64,000 nucleotides of DNA. Source: a virus. Taxonomy: Duplodnaviria > Caudoviricetes. Below the pieces are notes generated by a model. That model was not told the origin of the DNA. It saw only the letters and a program-made list of their open reading frames with translations, and made no database searches. This document shows positions 1-10,137 of this stretch, in pieces (positions within the stretch are counted from its first letter, which is position 1; each line of letters starts with the position of its first letter). Both the position numbers and the translations under genes were made by a program. Where the stretch lies: the IMG/VR virus record IMGVR_UViG_3300023108_000002; one strand, given 5' to 3'.

Positions 1-2698
1 ATGTACTAGATTTTTTGGCAAATTTAAGGTCGTATGGAGTACCGTTATAGCTATTTGCGGTAGTGTCCCATGTAACTGTACTTCCCACAGAAGTGAGAGT
101 GTGATTACTATCAATGGAGAATTGTCGTAGATATGAGTTAGAATTTGGATAAAACGAGAGATTGACTCGATATGCCGCAACAGCATTTCCACTGATTGGA
201 TCAATTCCTACTGCTGTAGCAATTGAATTTAGATTGAAACTACCACCAAAAGTTGCGGTTTGAGTATCCCAGTCAACAATACCTGCGACGATCGATGTAG
301 TTCCATCTTTTGCAATAAACTTACCTTCAGTATTGTGGTCAAAAGAAAATCCTGATTTTCCAGTAACATCAACGGGATCGCCATATGTTAGTGTGGTTCC
401 GTCCCATTCGATTCTAACGAGTTTTTTGTTTCCGCTAGCATCACTATATTCCATGATAAATTTGTCTGTTGTGCCTGGAGTACTTCCAGCATAATCGTAT
501 TGGAATCTTTGAGAGCCAGAAGAATAACCTTCGGTGTTGTAATCTGGATGTGTAATGTAAGTTCCATCCCAAGTAACAGCAGTTCCACTAACTGTACCCT
601 GCAATGACATAACTTGGTGTCCAGTTGCAGATGTGGACTTGCCTATAACTAAAATTCTATCTGGATCGACAGAACTAAAAAGAATATATGGTTCTTCTCC
701 TTGAGTGGTACTTAATCCTCTAGTACCGTTAGCTGCATTATAATCGCTAAAGAGGTATTCAGTACCATACGAAAAGGTTCCACTGTTGTTTATTTGAATA
801 CAACCATTCCATCCATTACTTTCTACCCACATTGTGAAATATTTGTCTGGTGTTGAAGAACCCCCAACAATTGCAGATTCTCCAGATGCATTATTTTCAG
901 TGCCTGCCGAGGTAATGTAATTTTCACCCTTATTCGCTATAAATGGATAATTTGTAGGTTCAACTACAGTCACAGTTCCATCAGTATTCAACATTACAAC
1001 ATCATTTACAGCAGCTGTATTTGTTGAAGTATATTCTACAACATTTCCACCAGAGACATTGTTTGCAACATAGTTTTGTACATATGTTTCTGTTGCAAGA
1101 CCTGTTAAGTCTGCGTTTGCAACGGTTTCAATCCATCCTGTAGTTTTATAGATATAGAGTTTTTGTGTATCTTCAACAAATGCAATGTCACCAACTGTGT
1201 TTCCGACGGCTGGAAGATACGTTGCATCACTATAGATGTTGACAGATGCAACCAAAGATGTTCCATCTGGTGCAATCAGAGTTGCAGTACCAGCAACTTC
1301 TTTAATCTTATTCTCAAAACTTGGAGTATTTTCTACATATGTTGCCAAGTCTTGTGGTACAAACTTGTTTGTCGATGAATCATACACTAGACACATTTGT
1401 GATGTAAGTGTTGGTAGAGGACGAAGTTCAATTGTCTGTACATGTCCTTCTTGGTTGTGCTGGCCATATATTAAATAGTTGCCATTCGCGTTTGTTTCAA
1501 CTGCCAAATCCTTAACGCGAATAATACCACGCATATTTGAATGATTTCCACACTGATAGTATAGAATATCTGGTGCGTTTGACGGCACAACAAATGTGAT
1601 TGTTCCAGTTTCATTTCTAGAACCAGTAACACCAGAAGTCCATTCACCAAAATATGTTCCTGCTGAAAAATTGGTGCCGTTGTCGGTTGTAAAGTAGAAT
1701 GGATGGCCAGCTGCATTGATATTGACAGTATATGTACCACCACGATAAAACGGCCCAATCTCTGGATTGTTTCCACTAGCAGTACCACTAAACACATAAG
1801 CTCCTGTGGTAGAAGTGACATCATAAGAAACAGACGGAGCAACGAGTGTAGGTAGTGTGATAGAAGAAGGAACACTCACAGCAAGTCTTTGAACATCTTG
1901 TGCAGTCCCGCCGTTGATGTCTGGGTGACTATCATTTACAATTGATGTAGTTACCCAAGGAACAAGGTTATCATCTCCAGCGCCCTCAATCCATTTCAAT
2001 TTGAAATCGTGCCTTTGCGTCATTGATCCATGAACAGTATGTGCAAAGTTATTGATTTGATATGTTCCCTCCAAATAAAGTGGAACAACGGTTTGTGGTG
2101 AATTTGTAATTGCAAGTCTGGCAAAAGGCAAAGCGGATTGTGTCCAAGTCCACTGCCATGCCGTTCCGTGGCCTGCTGTTGGATCATCTACTTGAATTTC
2201 GAGTGTTTCTGGTGTTACAGAAAGATCAAAGTTCAGAATATCATCTGAACTAAATGTTGTTTCTCCAAGATACAATGTGTTTGAACTCAGATATAAATCT
2301 CTAAATTTGTTCGTTGCAGAACCCAAATCAAGAGTTTCGTTAGTTGCAGGGATGATTGCAGAACCCAATGATTGCAGATTTGCATCTGACATATATTTGT
2401 TGGAAATTCCTTCTAGGATATCATCAGAGGTTACGGAAGGTGAAAGAGCAGATTGAGAAGTATTTCTAACTTGTTTTAGGGCCTGTGACAGTTTAATGAC
2501 TTCATCCGTAGTTGCACCAGAAGATAGAGTTTGTGCTCTCGAATCAATTGCAGCTTCAATGTCAGTATCTTCAGTCAAACCAACTGATTTTGCCGCCCTT
2601 GCAAGTGCCAAAAGTTCATCTACAGTTGCTGTAGGAATATCATTTAATAATCTTGTACGAATTCCACTAATCGATGTTGAAAGATTGGTATCTGCCAT
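1..2698 (-). CDS. Tail fibre / virion appendage protein, 3' end runs off the window (>=899 codons); contains a cupredoxin-like domain
   Basis: Hand-translated open frame from ATG at 2698 (MADTNLSTSISGIRTRLL...) to the window edge; not in the ORF track because no stop lies inside the window. Thr/Ser/Gly-rich; GHPFY...YYQCGNHSNMRG motif; last gene of the minus-strand tail operon. Confidence 0.8.
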   Translation of the reverse strand, partial: MADTNLSTSISGIRTRLLNDIPTATVDELLALARAAKSVGLTEDTDIEAAIDSRAQTLSSGATTDEVIKLSQALKQVRNTSQSALSPSVTSDDILEGISNKYMSDANLQSLGSAIIPATNETLDLGSATNKFRDLYLSSNTLYLGETTFSSDDILNFDLSVTPETLEIQVDDPTAGHGTAWQWTWTQSALPFARLAITNSPQTVVPLYLEGTYQINNFAHTVHGSMTQRHDFKLKWIEGAGDDNLVPWVTTSIVNDSHPDINGGTAQDVQRLAVSVPSSITLPTLVAPSVSYDVTSTTGAYVFSGTASGNNPEIGPFYRGGTYTVNINAAGHPFYFTTDNGTNFSAGTYFGEWTSGVTGSRNETGTITFVVPSNAPDILYYQCGNHSNMRGIIRVKDLAVETNANGNYLIYGQHNQEGHVQTIELRPLPTLTSQMCLVYDSSTNKFVPQDLATYVENTPSFENKIKEVAGTATLIAPDGTSLVASVNIYSDATYLPAVGNTVGDIAFVEDTQKLYIYKTTGWIETVANADLTGLATETYVQNYVANNVSGGNVVEYTSTNTAAVNDVVMLNTDGTVTVVEPTNYPFIANKGENYITSAGTENNASGESAIVGGSSTPDKYFTMWVESNGWNGCIQINNSGTFSYGTEYLFSDYNAANGTRGLSTTQGEEPYILFSSVDPDRILVIGKSTSATGHQVMSLQGTVSGTAVTWDGTYITHPDYNTEGYSSGSQRFQYDYAGSTPGTTDKFIMEYSDASGNKKLVRIEWDGTTLTYGDPVDVTGKSGFSFDHNTEGKFIAKDGTTSIVAGIVDWDTQTATFGGSFNLNSIATAVGIDPISGNAVAAYRVNLSFYPNSNSYLRQFSIDSNHTLTSVGSTVTWDTTANSYNGTPYDLKFAKKSST

Positions 2699-2734
2699 CT
2701 CTTTTGCCCTTTTTGTAATGTTTTCTTCTATTTA

Positions 2735-3328
2735 TTATTTGTGTGATTGGGGATTTATTAAAACCCTAACATAAGATTGATTTTTCAATACCTTTTTATA
2801 AACAATATAATCTATTCGATTATCATAACAAATTTTCAAAATTTCTTTCGGGCCCTTCCAATCAGAATCTTCCCCTAACAGTTCTGGTTCATCTGACGCA
2901 GCCTTTATATTTTTTGTACCCATTTGTTTCCATCGATCTATACTGATTCTATCTTCAATATTATTTTTGTATATCTTTGTTGTCCATATTCTGTCATTAT
3001 TGTTTATATAATATCCTCTTCCAGTGATCGATTGATGTGAAACTCTATAAGCCTCTGAATCAACATCCTTCCACGTTGATTCAGTTGTATAAAATCTCTT
3101 CTTATTTGTGGATAAACTTTCCAGATCTACTCCATATTTTATTTCTTCATTTGGATTGTCTTTGAATATTCTTGGCACATTATCGATCCCAATTGCCTTT
3201 ACAAGATTCTTATATCCTTTAACCATCAAACAAATTGAAAATTCTCCATTCCTATAAGAAAATATCAAGTCGGTGGCATCCGAATAGTCATATTCTGTTA
3301 AAAAAAATTTATTAAATAAATGTATCAT
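2735..3328 (-). CDS. Hypothetical protein, 197 aa
   Basis: Co-directional ORF overlapping the upstream stop; no motif recognised. Confidence 0.6.
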   Translation of the reverse strand: MIHLFNKFFLTEYDYSDATDLIFSYRNGEFSICLMVKGYKNLVKAIGIDNVPRIFKDNPNEEIKYGVDLESLSTNKKRFYTTESTWKDVDSEAYRVSHQSITGRGYYINNNDRIWTTKIYKNNIEDRISIDRWKQMGTKNIKAASDEPELLGEDSDWKGPKEILKICYDNRIDYIVYKKVLKNQSYVRVLINPQSHK

Positions 3329-4134
3329 AATGTCACCGTATATTCCCCTTCGGCCGAGTATATATATTCGTTGCTGTTAATTGTAATTTTAACATATCCC
3401 CCAGCGCCATTTCCCCCATTTGTGCCACCGTCGACCCCACCAAGGCCAGGAGCTCCAACTACTATTGTCATTATTGAACCGCTTGGAATTTCTATGGCAT
3501 AATTTTCAGAACTCACTTCCCGAATAGCTGCATCGCCGCCCTCTCCTGCTGGGTCTCGATTGTATATTCCTCCGTATGAGTTCGTCTGGACGCGGCCGCC
3601 GCCTCCACCGCCCCCCGCGCCATAGCTTGTGCCCGGCGCACCGCCTCCATTGGACTTTAATCCTCCGCCAGCACCACCAGAGCCATAATAAGAGGCGTCA
3701 CCAGTTCTGTCAGAAGATCCCCGATCAACCGAGCTCGCGATGCCTCCTTCGGCACCACTTGATGTTACTGATAAAATTGTAGTTACAACATCATTATCAT
3801 CTGTATGTTCAATTACAATACTGCTATCGCCACCCGTTTCTCCGTCCGTAACGCCGACTGTAGTTTGGCCATTATTCATTCCTGATCCACCGCCTCCACC
3901 ACCACCAATTAATTCATACTCAACTGGAATTGGAGATTCCGTTCCATAAAAATCATCAAAACTTATGGGATCTCCTTGGATTTCTGGGACCTCAGAATTC
4001 GCTGGCAAATCTTGAACATATCCAACTGTTCTATAATAATCTTCGAATGAAACCCTCTGCCAAGTAGGTGAAGCTGAATTATGAACTAATTGGATATCTC
4101 GTATTGATATAGCTCCAGAAGATTGTATTGGCAT
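3325..4134 (-). CDS. Glycine-rich tail-tip adhesin-like protein
   Basis: MPIQSSGAIS...ISFDDFYG N-terminus followed by poly-Gly motifs (GGGGGGGSG, GAGGGGGGG, GGNGAGGYV) typical of phage fibre-tip adhesins. Confidence 0.6.
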   Translation of the reverse strand: MPIQSSGAISIRDIQLVHNSASPTWQRVSFEDYYRTVGYVQDLPANSEVPEIQGDPISFDDFYGTESPIPVEYELIGGGGGGGSGMNNGQTTVGVTDGETGGDSSIVIEHTDDNDVVTTILSVTSSGAEGGIASSVDRGSSDRTGDASYYGSGGAGGGLKSNGGGAPGTSYGAGGGGGGGRVQTNSYGGIYNRDPAGEGGDAAIREVSSENYAIEIPSGSIMTIVVGAPGLGGVDGGTNGGNGAGGYVKITINSNEYIYSAEGEYTVTL

Positions 4135-4379
4135 TATGTCATATCCGAAAATGCAGTGAGATTGCCTCTGGTTTCAATATCACCAGTTGTTGATATTCTC
4201 ATCATTAATGTGCCGTTATATGTAAATAGTAGTCTATTTGATGAGTCTTGTGAAACTGTCCAATTTTCCAATCCAAACTGATCTACAACCCATTTATCAT
4301 CGGTTGCATTATATTCCCAAGTTTTGACACCAATTGTATGTTTATCTCCATTAGAAGGATTTGTAGGAAACTCTGCCAT
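4134..4379 (-). CDS. Small tail-fibre-associated protein, 81 aa
   Basis: FPTNPSNGD...TWEY...W motif typical of fibre modules; lies in the tail operon. Confidence 0.55.
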   Translation of the reverse strand: MAEFPTNPSNGDKHTIGVKTWEYNATDDKWVVDQFGLENWTVSQDSSNRLLFTYNGTLMMRISTTGDIETRGNLTAFSDMT

Positions 4380-4405
4380 TTATTTCTCCTTTTTCTATCT
4401 ATCCT

Positions 4406-7099
4406 TTATGAATAATATATATTTGTGCTGTGGGTGGTGTTTTTATCACTACTTGTTGATTGTGCCTGAACTTGAATAGAAGTTACTGCACCAGAACCAA
4501 CCCAAGCTGTGCCTGGCACCGTAACATTTCTACTATTGAGAAAATATGTTCCCGATCCAGTAGTGGCATCAATATAAATTAAATAATCAAAATCGATTAC
4601 ACTTCCATCGCCGTCGTTCTGCACTGATCCGGCCGCTCTTTGCGTGCCATTTACGAATAACCTTCCCTGACCTTGACTATTGTTTTGACTGCTTGTGCTT
4701 CCTTTTATTAGGATACCTTTAGTTCCAGATGGTATTGTTGCACTACTATTTGAGGTGCCATTATTACTACCTGTAGCACTTACGGTTTCGGTTGAACTCC
4801 ACGCACCAAAGACAACGGAAGAAGAAGTGTCAATAAAACTAAATGTTCCGCTTCCATCAGTTGATAAAACTTGACCATTAGTTCCATCTGTGATGCCTAA
4901 ATCTGTAAGAGAAGTAGCAGTGTCAATAAAACTAAATGTTCCGCTTCCATCAGTTGATAAAACTTGACCATTAGTTCCATCTGTGATGCCTAAATCTGTA
5001 AGAGAAGTAGCAGTGTCAATAAAACTAAATGTTCCGCTTCCATCAGTTGATAAAACTTGACCATTAGTTCCATCTGTGATGCCTAAATCTGTAAGAGAAG
5101 TTGGAATAATTCCATCAACATCCGTCAAATCATTAATATCATCTGGAATTTCTGTTGCTCCAGTAATCTCTAAAATTGCATCATCGACATATGTTTCAGT
5201 TGCATATCCAGTTAAGTCTGGCCCAACCGCTGGAGTGAATGTAAATTGGCCAGTTGTAGCACTATACGCTAATGCACCGCCACCAGAAGCAGTTGCAGTT
5301 ACAACAGATAAATCTGAAAATTCTACCATGTCTTGGATTGCAGTATTTAATGCAGTGGTTGTTACATATCCCGACAAGTCAGTAGAACCACCACCCCCGC
5401 CTGATGCTGGACTACCAACAACTCCAGTTAATTGTATCCAACTAAACCCATCCCACATTAACAATTCGCCGGCAGTTGCAGTATCAAACCAAAGTTCGCC
5501 CGGTTGTGGATCGGTTGGTGCGGTATCTCCGTATGTTGTAATAGTAAGATTATCAATTGTTGTTGATAAGTCAGTCTCGAGCGTGGTAATTCTCTCAATT
5601 ATGGTGTCATAAACAGCTGCGTCATCATTAATTGCTGCAGCTAGTTCATTTAGTGTATTGAGAGCGTCTGGAGCAGAATCTACAAGATTTGAAATTGCAG
5701 TATCTACATATGCCTTAATGCTTTCACTGCTAGCAATATTTGTTGCACTTGCAGCAGCAAAAGTATCATCATCTTGTAGTATTGCTGTAATACGCGAATC
5801 TGCTCTTGCGGCTGTATAGTAAAGATTAGTCGATCCCTCAGTTAAATCGTCAGTTGTTCCCGCTCCATTTAGATAAAGTTTAACCGTTCCTTCCGTTAAA
5901 TCGTCAGTTGTTCCCGCTCCATTTAGATAAAGATTATTGTCACCTTCTTTTACATCATCTGTAGTCAGTTGGCTTCGAACCACATTTTGCACTCTTCCAT
6001 CTGTATAATATAAATTTGTACCCTCTACAATAGTAGAAGTGTTGGGAATTTTAGTTTCATATCTTTCTGTAATGGAGTCATATTGTAAAATATGATTTTG
6101 ATCTGCTCCAAAAGTATTAAGATCTACAACTTGATTGCTTGAGATTTGCACGAATTCTGCTCCTATTTGTAATTCAACTGGATGAGCCCTTGCTTCGATT
6201 CCATAATTTTCTTTCAAATCTTCGATTTCTAATAGTGCCTGAGACATGTTCAAAACAACTCTCATGTGGCTTGTGTCTAAAATCAGAGCAGGCCCAGAAT
6301 AATTTCCTTGACGTTTTGCAACAGTTCTTTGAGATATGTGATGCGGGAGAACAACTACTGCTCTTGCTCGGAAATTATTTACTTCTGAAGGAATAATTCC
6401 TTCTACATTATAAAATTTATATCTACTTTCTTCATTAGTTGTCTGATTTTCAATAACAGTTTCAACTCTAGCTGGAATTATTTTTTTAACTTTATATGCA
6501 GTTGCTCCGCCTTGAGAATATGAGGATTGCCATCTAATGTATAGTGTGCCATCCGCAGCTTCAAAATATGGTTTATCCACAGCTCCATCATAATATCCAT
6601 CATATGTTAATGCGGTATTATTTGAAGTTAATATTGTATTATCGTATATAATCCCCCAAGTTTCACCATCAGTTAAAGTGCTCCAAATATCCCCTGCCGC
6701 CGAAAAGCTTCCGTCTGCATTTCCTTCGACCCATGCTGTTGTTGGATTTCTTCCACTACCTACAATTTGCGCGTCAAAGATTTGTGCTGGAATATCTTTG
6801 TCTACTGTGACTGCTGTTGTTGTTACTTTTGTATAAATTTCATCTTCTATTAAATCCCCCAATACAAACTTTGAACCATCGAGCTGAGAAAATTCTGGAG
6901 CTCCATTGAATGCTACGTTTTGTACTTTAACCACTCCATCTATTACTAGAGTCCAAGTCCCTTTGACAAATGATAGTGTCTGAAGATTCGAAGGAACTTC
7001 GGGATTCTGATCTCCGTCAAGATCTGAATCTGGGGTGTGATATATCCAGACAGTTGAGAAGTTTTGAGGATTTACATATTCAGTTAAATTAGTTGCCAT
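4406..7099 (-). CDS. Long tail fibre protein, 897 aa
   Basis: TDDLTEGxxNLYY repeats, APDALNTLNELAAAIND and PTDPQPGELWFDT fibre motifs, internal tandem repeats; late promoter upstream. Confidence 0.8.
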   Translation of the reverse strand: MATNLTEYVNPQNFSTVWIYHTPDSDLDGDQNPEVPSNLQTLSFVKGTWTLVIDGVVKVQNVAFNGAPEFSQLDGSKFVLGDLIEDEIYTKVTTTAVTVDKDIPAQIFDAQIVGSGRNPTTAWVEGNADGSFSAAGDIWSTLTDGETWGIIYDNTILTSNNTALTYDGYYDGAVDKPYFEAADGTLYIRWQSSYSQGGATAYKVKKIIPARVETVIENQTTNEESRYKFYNVEGIIPSEVNNFRARAVVVLPHHISQRTVAKRQGNYSGPALILDTSHMRVVLNMSQALLEIEDLKENYGIEARAHPVELQIGAEFVQISSNQVVDLNTFGADQNHILQYDSITERYETKIPNTSTIVEGTNLYYTDGRVQNVVRSQLTTDDVKEGDNNLYLNGAGTTDDLTEGTVKLYLNGAGTTDDLTEGSTNLYYTAARADSRITAILQDDDTFAAASATNIASSESIKAYVDTAISNLVDSAPDALNTLNELAAAINDDAAVYDTIIERITTLETDLSTTIDNLTITTYGDTAPTDPQPGELWFDTATAGELLMWDGFSWIQLTGVVGSPASGGGGGSTDLSGYVTTTALNTAIQDMVEFSDLSVVTATASGGGALAYSATTGQFTFTPAVGPDLTGYATETYVDDAILEITGATEIPDDINDLTDVDGIIPTSLTDLGITDGTNGQVLSTDGSGTFSFIDTATSLTDLGITDGTNGQVLSTDGSGTFSFIDTATSLTDLGITDGTNGQVLSTDGSGTFSFIDTSSSVVFGAWSSTETVSATGSNNGTSNSSATIPSGTKGILIKGSTSSQNNSQGQGRLFVNGTQRAAGSVQNDGDGSVIDFDYLIYIDATTGSGTYFLNSRNVTVPGTAWVGSGAVTSIQVQAQSTSSDKNTTHSTNIYYS
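4826..5101. repeat. Perfect 93-bp tandem repeat, about 3 copies (31-aa unit ATSLTDLGITDGTNGQVLSTDGSGTFSFIDT)
   Basis: Copies start at 4827, 4920 and 5013 and are nucleotide-identical. Confidence 0.95.
5841..5932. repeat. Two identical 38-bp cores at 54-bp period (LYLNGAGTTDDLTEG)
   Basis: GTTAAATCGTCAGTTGTTCCCGCTCCATTTAGATAAAG at 5841 and 5895. Confidence 0.9.
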
Positions 7100-7123
7100 T
7101 TATTGGTTCCATATTCTGTCTTT

Positions 7124-7131
7124 TATTTATA
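7124..7131 (-). promoter_or_regulatory. T4-type late promoter TATAAATA driving the tail-fibre operon
   Basis: TATTTATA on the + strand, 25 bp upstream of the 7099 start. Confidence 0.8.
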
Positions 7132-7138
7132 ATAGTTA

Positions 7139-7167
7139 TTGACAGGCGACTTGAAATAGTATATAGT
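7139..7167 (+). promoter_or_regulatory. Sigma70-type early promoter
   Basis: TTGACA-N17-TATAGT; no GANTC. Confidence 0.8.
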
Positions 7168-7197
7168 GAAAATATTATTATTTGAAAGGATTTATTT

Positions 7198-7476
7198 ATG
7201 GGAAAACCATTAAACAAATTACAACAACTAATGACTATCACTATGGAAGAATGTGGAGAACTGACACAGGCTTGTAGTAAAATTATTCGAAAATTCAGAT
7301 ATAGAGAAGAAATCTGGGAAGAGAAACGAAAAACTCTAATAGAAGAGATTGGTGATGTTCAGTGTATGATTGAACTGATGATAGATCATGGAATTGTGAC
7401 ACATAAAGAAATTGCTGAGAGGTCAGAGATAAAGAGAGATAAACTAAAAAAGTGGAGTGATTTGATCGATGGTTAG
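7198..7476 (+). CDS. mazG: MazG-like nucleotide pyrophosphohydrolase
   Basis: MEECGELTQACSK and LIEEIGDV EExxE/D motifs. Confidence 0.8.
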   Translation: MGKPLNKLQQLMTITMEECGELTQACSKIIRKFRYREEIWEEKRKTLIEEIGDVQCMIELMIDHGIVTHKEIAERSEIKRDKLKKWSDLIDG

Positions 7477-7633
7477 ATTGGGAAATTTTAAGAAACTGGA
7501 AGTGATTGATGAAGAATCAATACAACAATGGCCAGATATAAAAACAGTATTTTTGTCCATTGATGGAGATACCGTAAAAATTATTATCAATCCCGATGAA
7601 AGTGAATTTGAAGAAGAAGTTATAGGAGATTAA
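7469..7633 (+). CDS. Hypothetical protein, 54 aa
   Basis: Hand-found ORF (MVRLGNFKKLEVIDEE...) filling the gap between mazG and the next gene. Confidence 0.5.
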   Translation: MVRLGNFKKLEVIDEESIQQWPDIKTVFLSIDGDTVKIIINPDESEFEEEVIGD

Positions 7634-7634
7634 A

Positions 7635-8225
7635 ATGGCAAATAACGTATATGCAACATTAACTTTACATCAAGGAAATGATGAAGTAAAGCAATGGTGG
7701 AAAGACTTAGTAAGTAAAATGACATATCCAGAAGATGAGAGGCCCTCTGAATATGATTTTTACAAACCAATTCATGAAATGTTTTGGACAGATATAGATG
7801 AAGAATTTACAAGCACCAGAGGTTGGTATATTGACAATATTGGTGCAAAATGGTGTAACATTCAAGATGCCGATGATGAAATGTTATCTACATGTTCTGC
7901 CTGGGATATTCCAGAATATCTCTATGAAAGAATTGCAGAAGAGGCATATGAGGTGGATAAAAATGCAATCTTCACAGTTTCGTATGAAGATGAAATGCCA
8001 AACTTTTTTGGTTCTTCTGTGTATTTTGGTGGAGAATGTTTTGAAGATATTCGTCTTGAGTCAGATGATTTTGAAGAATATGACTTGGAATTTTATTGGG
8101 ATGAAGATGAAAAGGGCGAAGAACAGCCAGACGATTGGGAAGCCTCATGGGAACAGATGAATAACTTACAGTGGGATTGGATCGAAGAGGCCATATCTAA
8201 CATTCAGTTTGAGTTGGATGTATAA
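7635..8225 (+). CDS. Acidic protein with YubB/DUF1281-type ferredoxin-like fold
   Basis: WYIDNIGAKW...SAWDIP...YEDEM pattern resembles the WxxxNWGTKW...TAWxPP family signature. Confidence 0.5.
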   Translation: MANNVYATLTLHQGNDEVKQWWKDLVSKMTYPEDERPSEYDFYKPIHEMFWTDIDEEFTSTRGWYIDNIGAKWCNIQDADDEMLSTCSAWDIPEYLYERIAEEAYEVDKNAIFTVSYEDEMPNFFGSSVYFGGECFEDIRLESDDFEEYDLEFYWDEDEKGEEQPDDWEASWEQMNNLQWDWIEEAISNIQFELDV

Positions 8226-9400
8226 TGAGAATTGAACCAGAGTTAAAACTTGATTACAGTAGTGTCCTTATTCGACCAAAAAGAAGTGCTTTGACAAGTC
8301 GTAAAGAAGTTGATCTCACACGAAGGTTCATATTTAGAAACTACAGACCAACATATACTTCGTCTGAACTTCCACATGGATATCCAGCACATAAAGATTA
8401 TCATTATGAAGGCATTCCTATCATGGCTGCTAATATGGATGGTGTTGGAACATTCAAGATGGCAGATGTTTTGGGTAAATTAGGATTGTTTACTTGTTTA
8501 AAGAAAAATTATAAAGTTCCAGAGTTGGTGGATTTCTTTGATAATCCAAACTATCCATGGCGTCCTACACATACAGCATATTCTATGGGCATTGTGGAAG
8601 AAGATTTGAATAAGTTTCGCAAAGTTTATGAAATGACAGATAATAAAATATCATATGTCTGCGTGGATGTGGCAAATGGATACACAGAGAGATTTGTCAA
8701 TTTCATATCAGAACTGAGAAGCACATTTCCAGAATTAGTAATTATTGCCGGTAATGTAGTTACAGCAGATCAAACACAGGAGTTAATACTAAATGGAGCA
8801 GATATTGTCAAAGTTGGGATCGGGCCTGGTTCAGTTTGTACGACCCGTATACAAACTGGTGTTGGTTATCCTCAATTATCCGCAGTCATTGAGTGTGCGG
8901 ATGCTGCTCATGGGCTTGGTGGGCATATTATTGCTGATGGTGGTTGCACAACTCCTGGCGACATAGCCAAAGCATTTGCTGGTGGCGCAGATTTTGTTAT
9001 GTTAGGCGGAATGTTTGCCGGCCATAATGAAGGGGGTGGTGAAATCATTGAAAAATGGTATGAGACAGATGAGGTATTGGTTTATGCCACTAAGAATGAT
9101 TTTACTACACCAACCAAGAAATCGATTTATTCCAAACAATTTGTGCATTTTTATGGAATGAGTTCAGAGACTGCAAATAGAAAGCATTCTGGTGGATTAA
9201 AGAACTATCGTTCATCAGAAGGTAGAGAAGTAATGGTTCCATATCAGGGCCCCGTAGAAATGACTGTTCAAAATATTTTGGGTGGTATTAGGAGCACTTG
9301 TACTTATGTTGGAGCGTCAAAGCTAAAAAGACTAAGTAAGTGTACAACCTTTGTTATGTGTCAAGATACTCATAACCGAATCTACGAAGGGAAAAATTAA
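8225..9400 (+). CDS. guaC: GMP reductase
   Basis: [15 protein letters not shown]-terminus, DVANGY, catalytic [23 protein letters not shown]. Confidence 0.95.
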   Translation: MRIEPELKLDYSSVLIRPKRSALTSRKEVDLTRRFIFRNYRPTYTSSELPHGYPAHKDYHYEGIPIMAANMDGVGTFKMADVLGKLGLFTCLKKNYKVPELVDFFDNPNYPWRPTHTAYSMGIVEEDLNKFRKVYEMTDNKISYVCVDVANGYTERFVNFISELRSTFPELVIIAGNVVTADQTQELILNGADIVKVGIGPGSVCTTRIQTGVGYPQLSAVIECADAAHGLGGHIIADGGCTTPGDIAKAFAGGADFVMLGGMFAGHNEGGGEIIEKWYETDEVLVYATKNDFTTPTKKSIYSKQFVHFYGMSSETANRKHSGGLKNYRSSEGREVMVPYQGPVEMTVQNILGGIRSTCTYVGASKLKRLSKCTTFVMCQDTHNRIYEGKN

Positions 9401-10134
9401 TGGAAAGAAAAAAATTAGATGCTTTACTTGCCAAAATGTCTGCAATTGCGTACCTACCACCAAAGGCTGCTGAAGAAAGATATCAAAAACTTGGGTTTCC
9501 AAGAGTAAAATATATTGATTGGGATGGAGCTCAATGTTATGCTGTTTGGAATCAAAATTATCTAATTATTTGTTTTCGGGGAACAGAAATGGGCAAAGAA
9601 TGGAATGACCTAAAAGCAGATTTGAGAGCATGGCCCCAGAAAGAAAAAAACGGCAGAGTACATAAAGGTTTTAATGGTGAAGTTCAAAAAGTTTTAGATA
9701 GAGTACAAATTACTATCGATCAGATGCGTCATAAAAAACAATTATATTTTACAGGACATTCTTTGGGTGGCGCAATGGCTACTATCGCAGCAGGATTGAT
9801 ACAAGACGTTGATTATCTCTGTACATTTGGATCTCCTAGAGTTGGATGGAATAAATATGTAAAATCTATCTCCTGTGAACATGTTAGATATGTCAACAAC
9901 AATGATATTGTTCCTAGTGTTCCACCATCATTTTTATGCTATAGACATCATGGAGAACTGAAATATATCAACTATCATGGAAATATTAGAAAAATGAGTT
10001 TGTGGCAGAGAATGAAAGATCAATGGAGAGGAAGAATTATGGCCCTTAAAAAGAAAGTTCCTTTTGATGGAATTTACGACCACGATATAAAGTATTATAT
10101 AAGATATACTGAAAAACTAGAAAAAGAGGAATAG
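9400..10134 (+). CDS. Class 3 lipase (alpha/beta hydrolase)
   Basis: FRGT, VHKGF, GHSLGGA nucleophile elbow, TFGSPRVG, NNNDIVP. Confidence 0.9.
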   Translation: MERKKLDALLAKMSAIAYLPPKAAEERYQKLGFPRVKYIDWDGAQCYAVWNQNYLIICFRGTEMGKEWNDLKADLRAWPQKEKNGRVHKGFNGEVQKVLDRVQITIDQMRHKKQLYFTGHSLGGAMATIAAGLIQDVDYLCTFGSPRVGWNKYVKSISCEHVRYVNNNDIVPSVPPSFLCYRHHGELKYINYHGNIRKMSLWQRMKDQWRGRIMALKKKVPFDGIYDHDIKYYIRYTEKLEKEE

Positions 10135-10137
10135 AAT

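Noticed and set aside
388-6396. Track ORFs 388-588, 1163-1378, 1236-1478, 1471-1875, 2496-2774, 5076-5612, 6139-6396 and similar antisense or off-frame ORFs throughout the window
   Set aside because: They are shadows of long genes on the other strand or frame, without RBS or recognisable motifs; the true gene at 1-2698 is missing from the track only because it leaves the window
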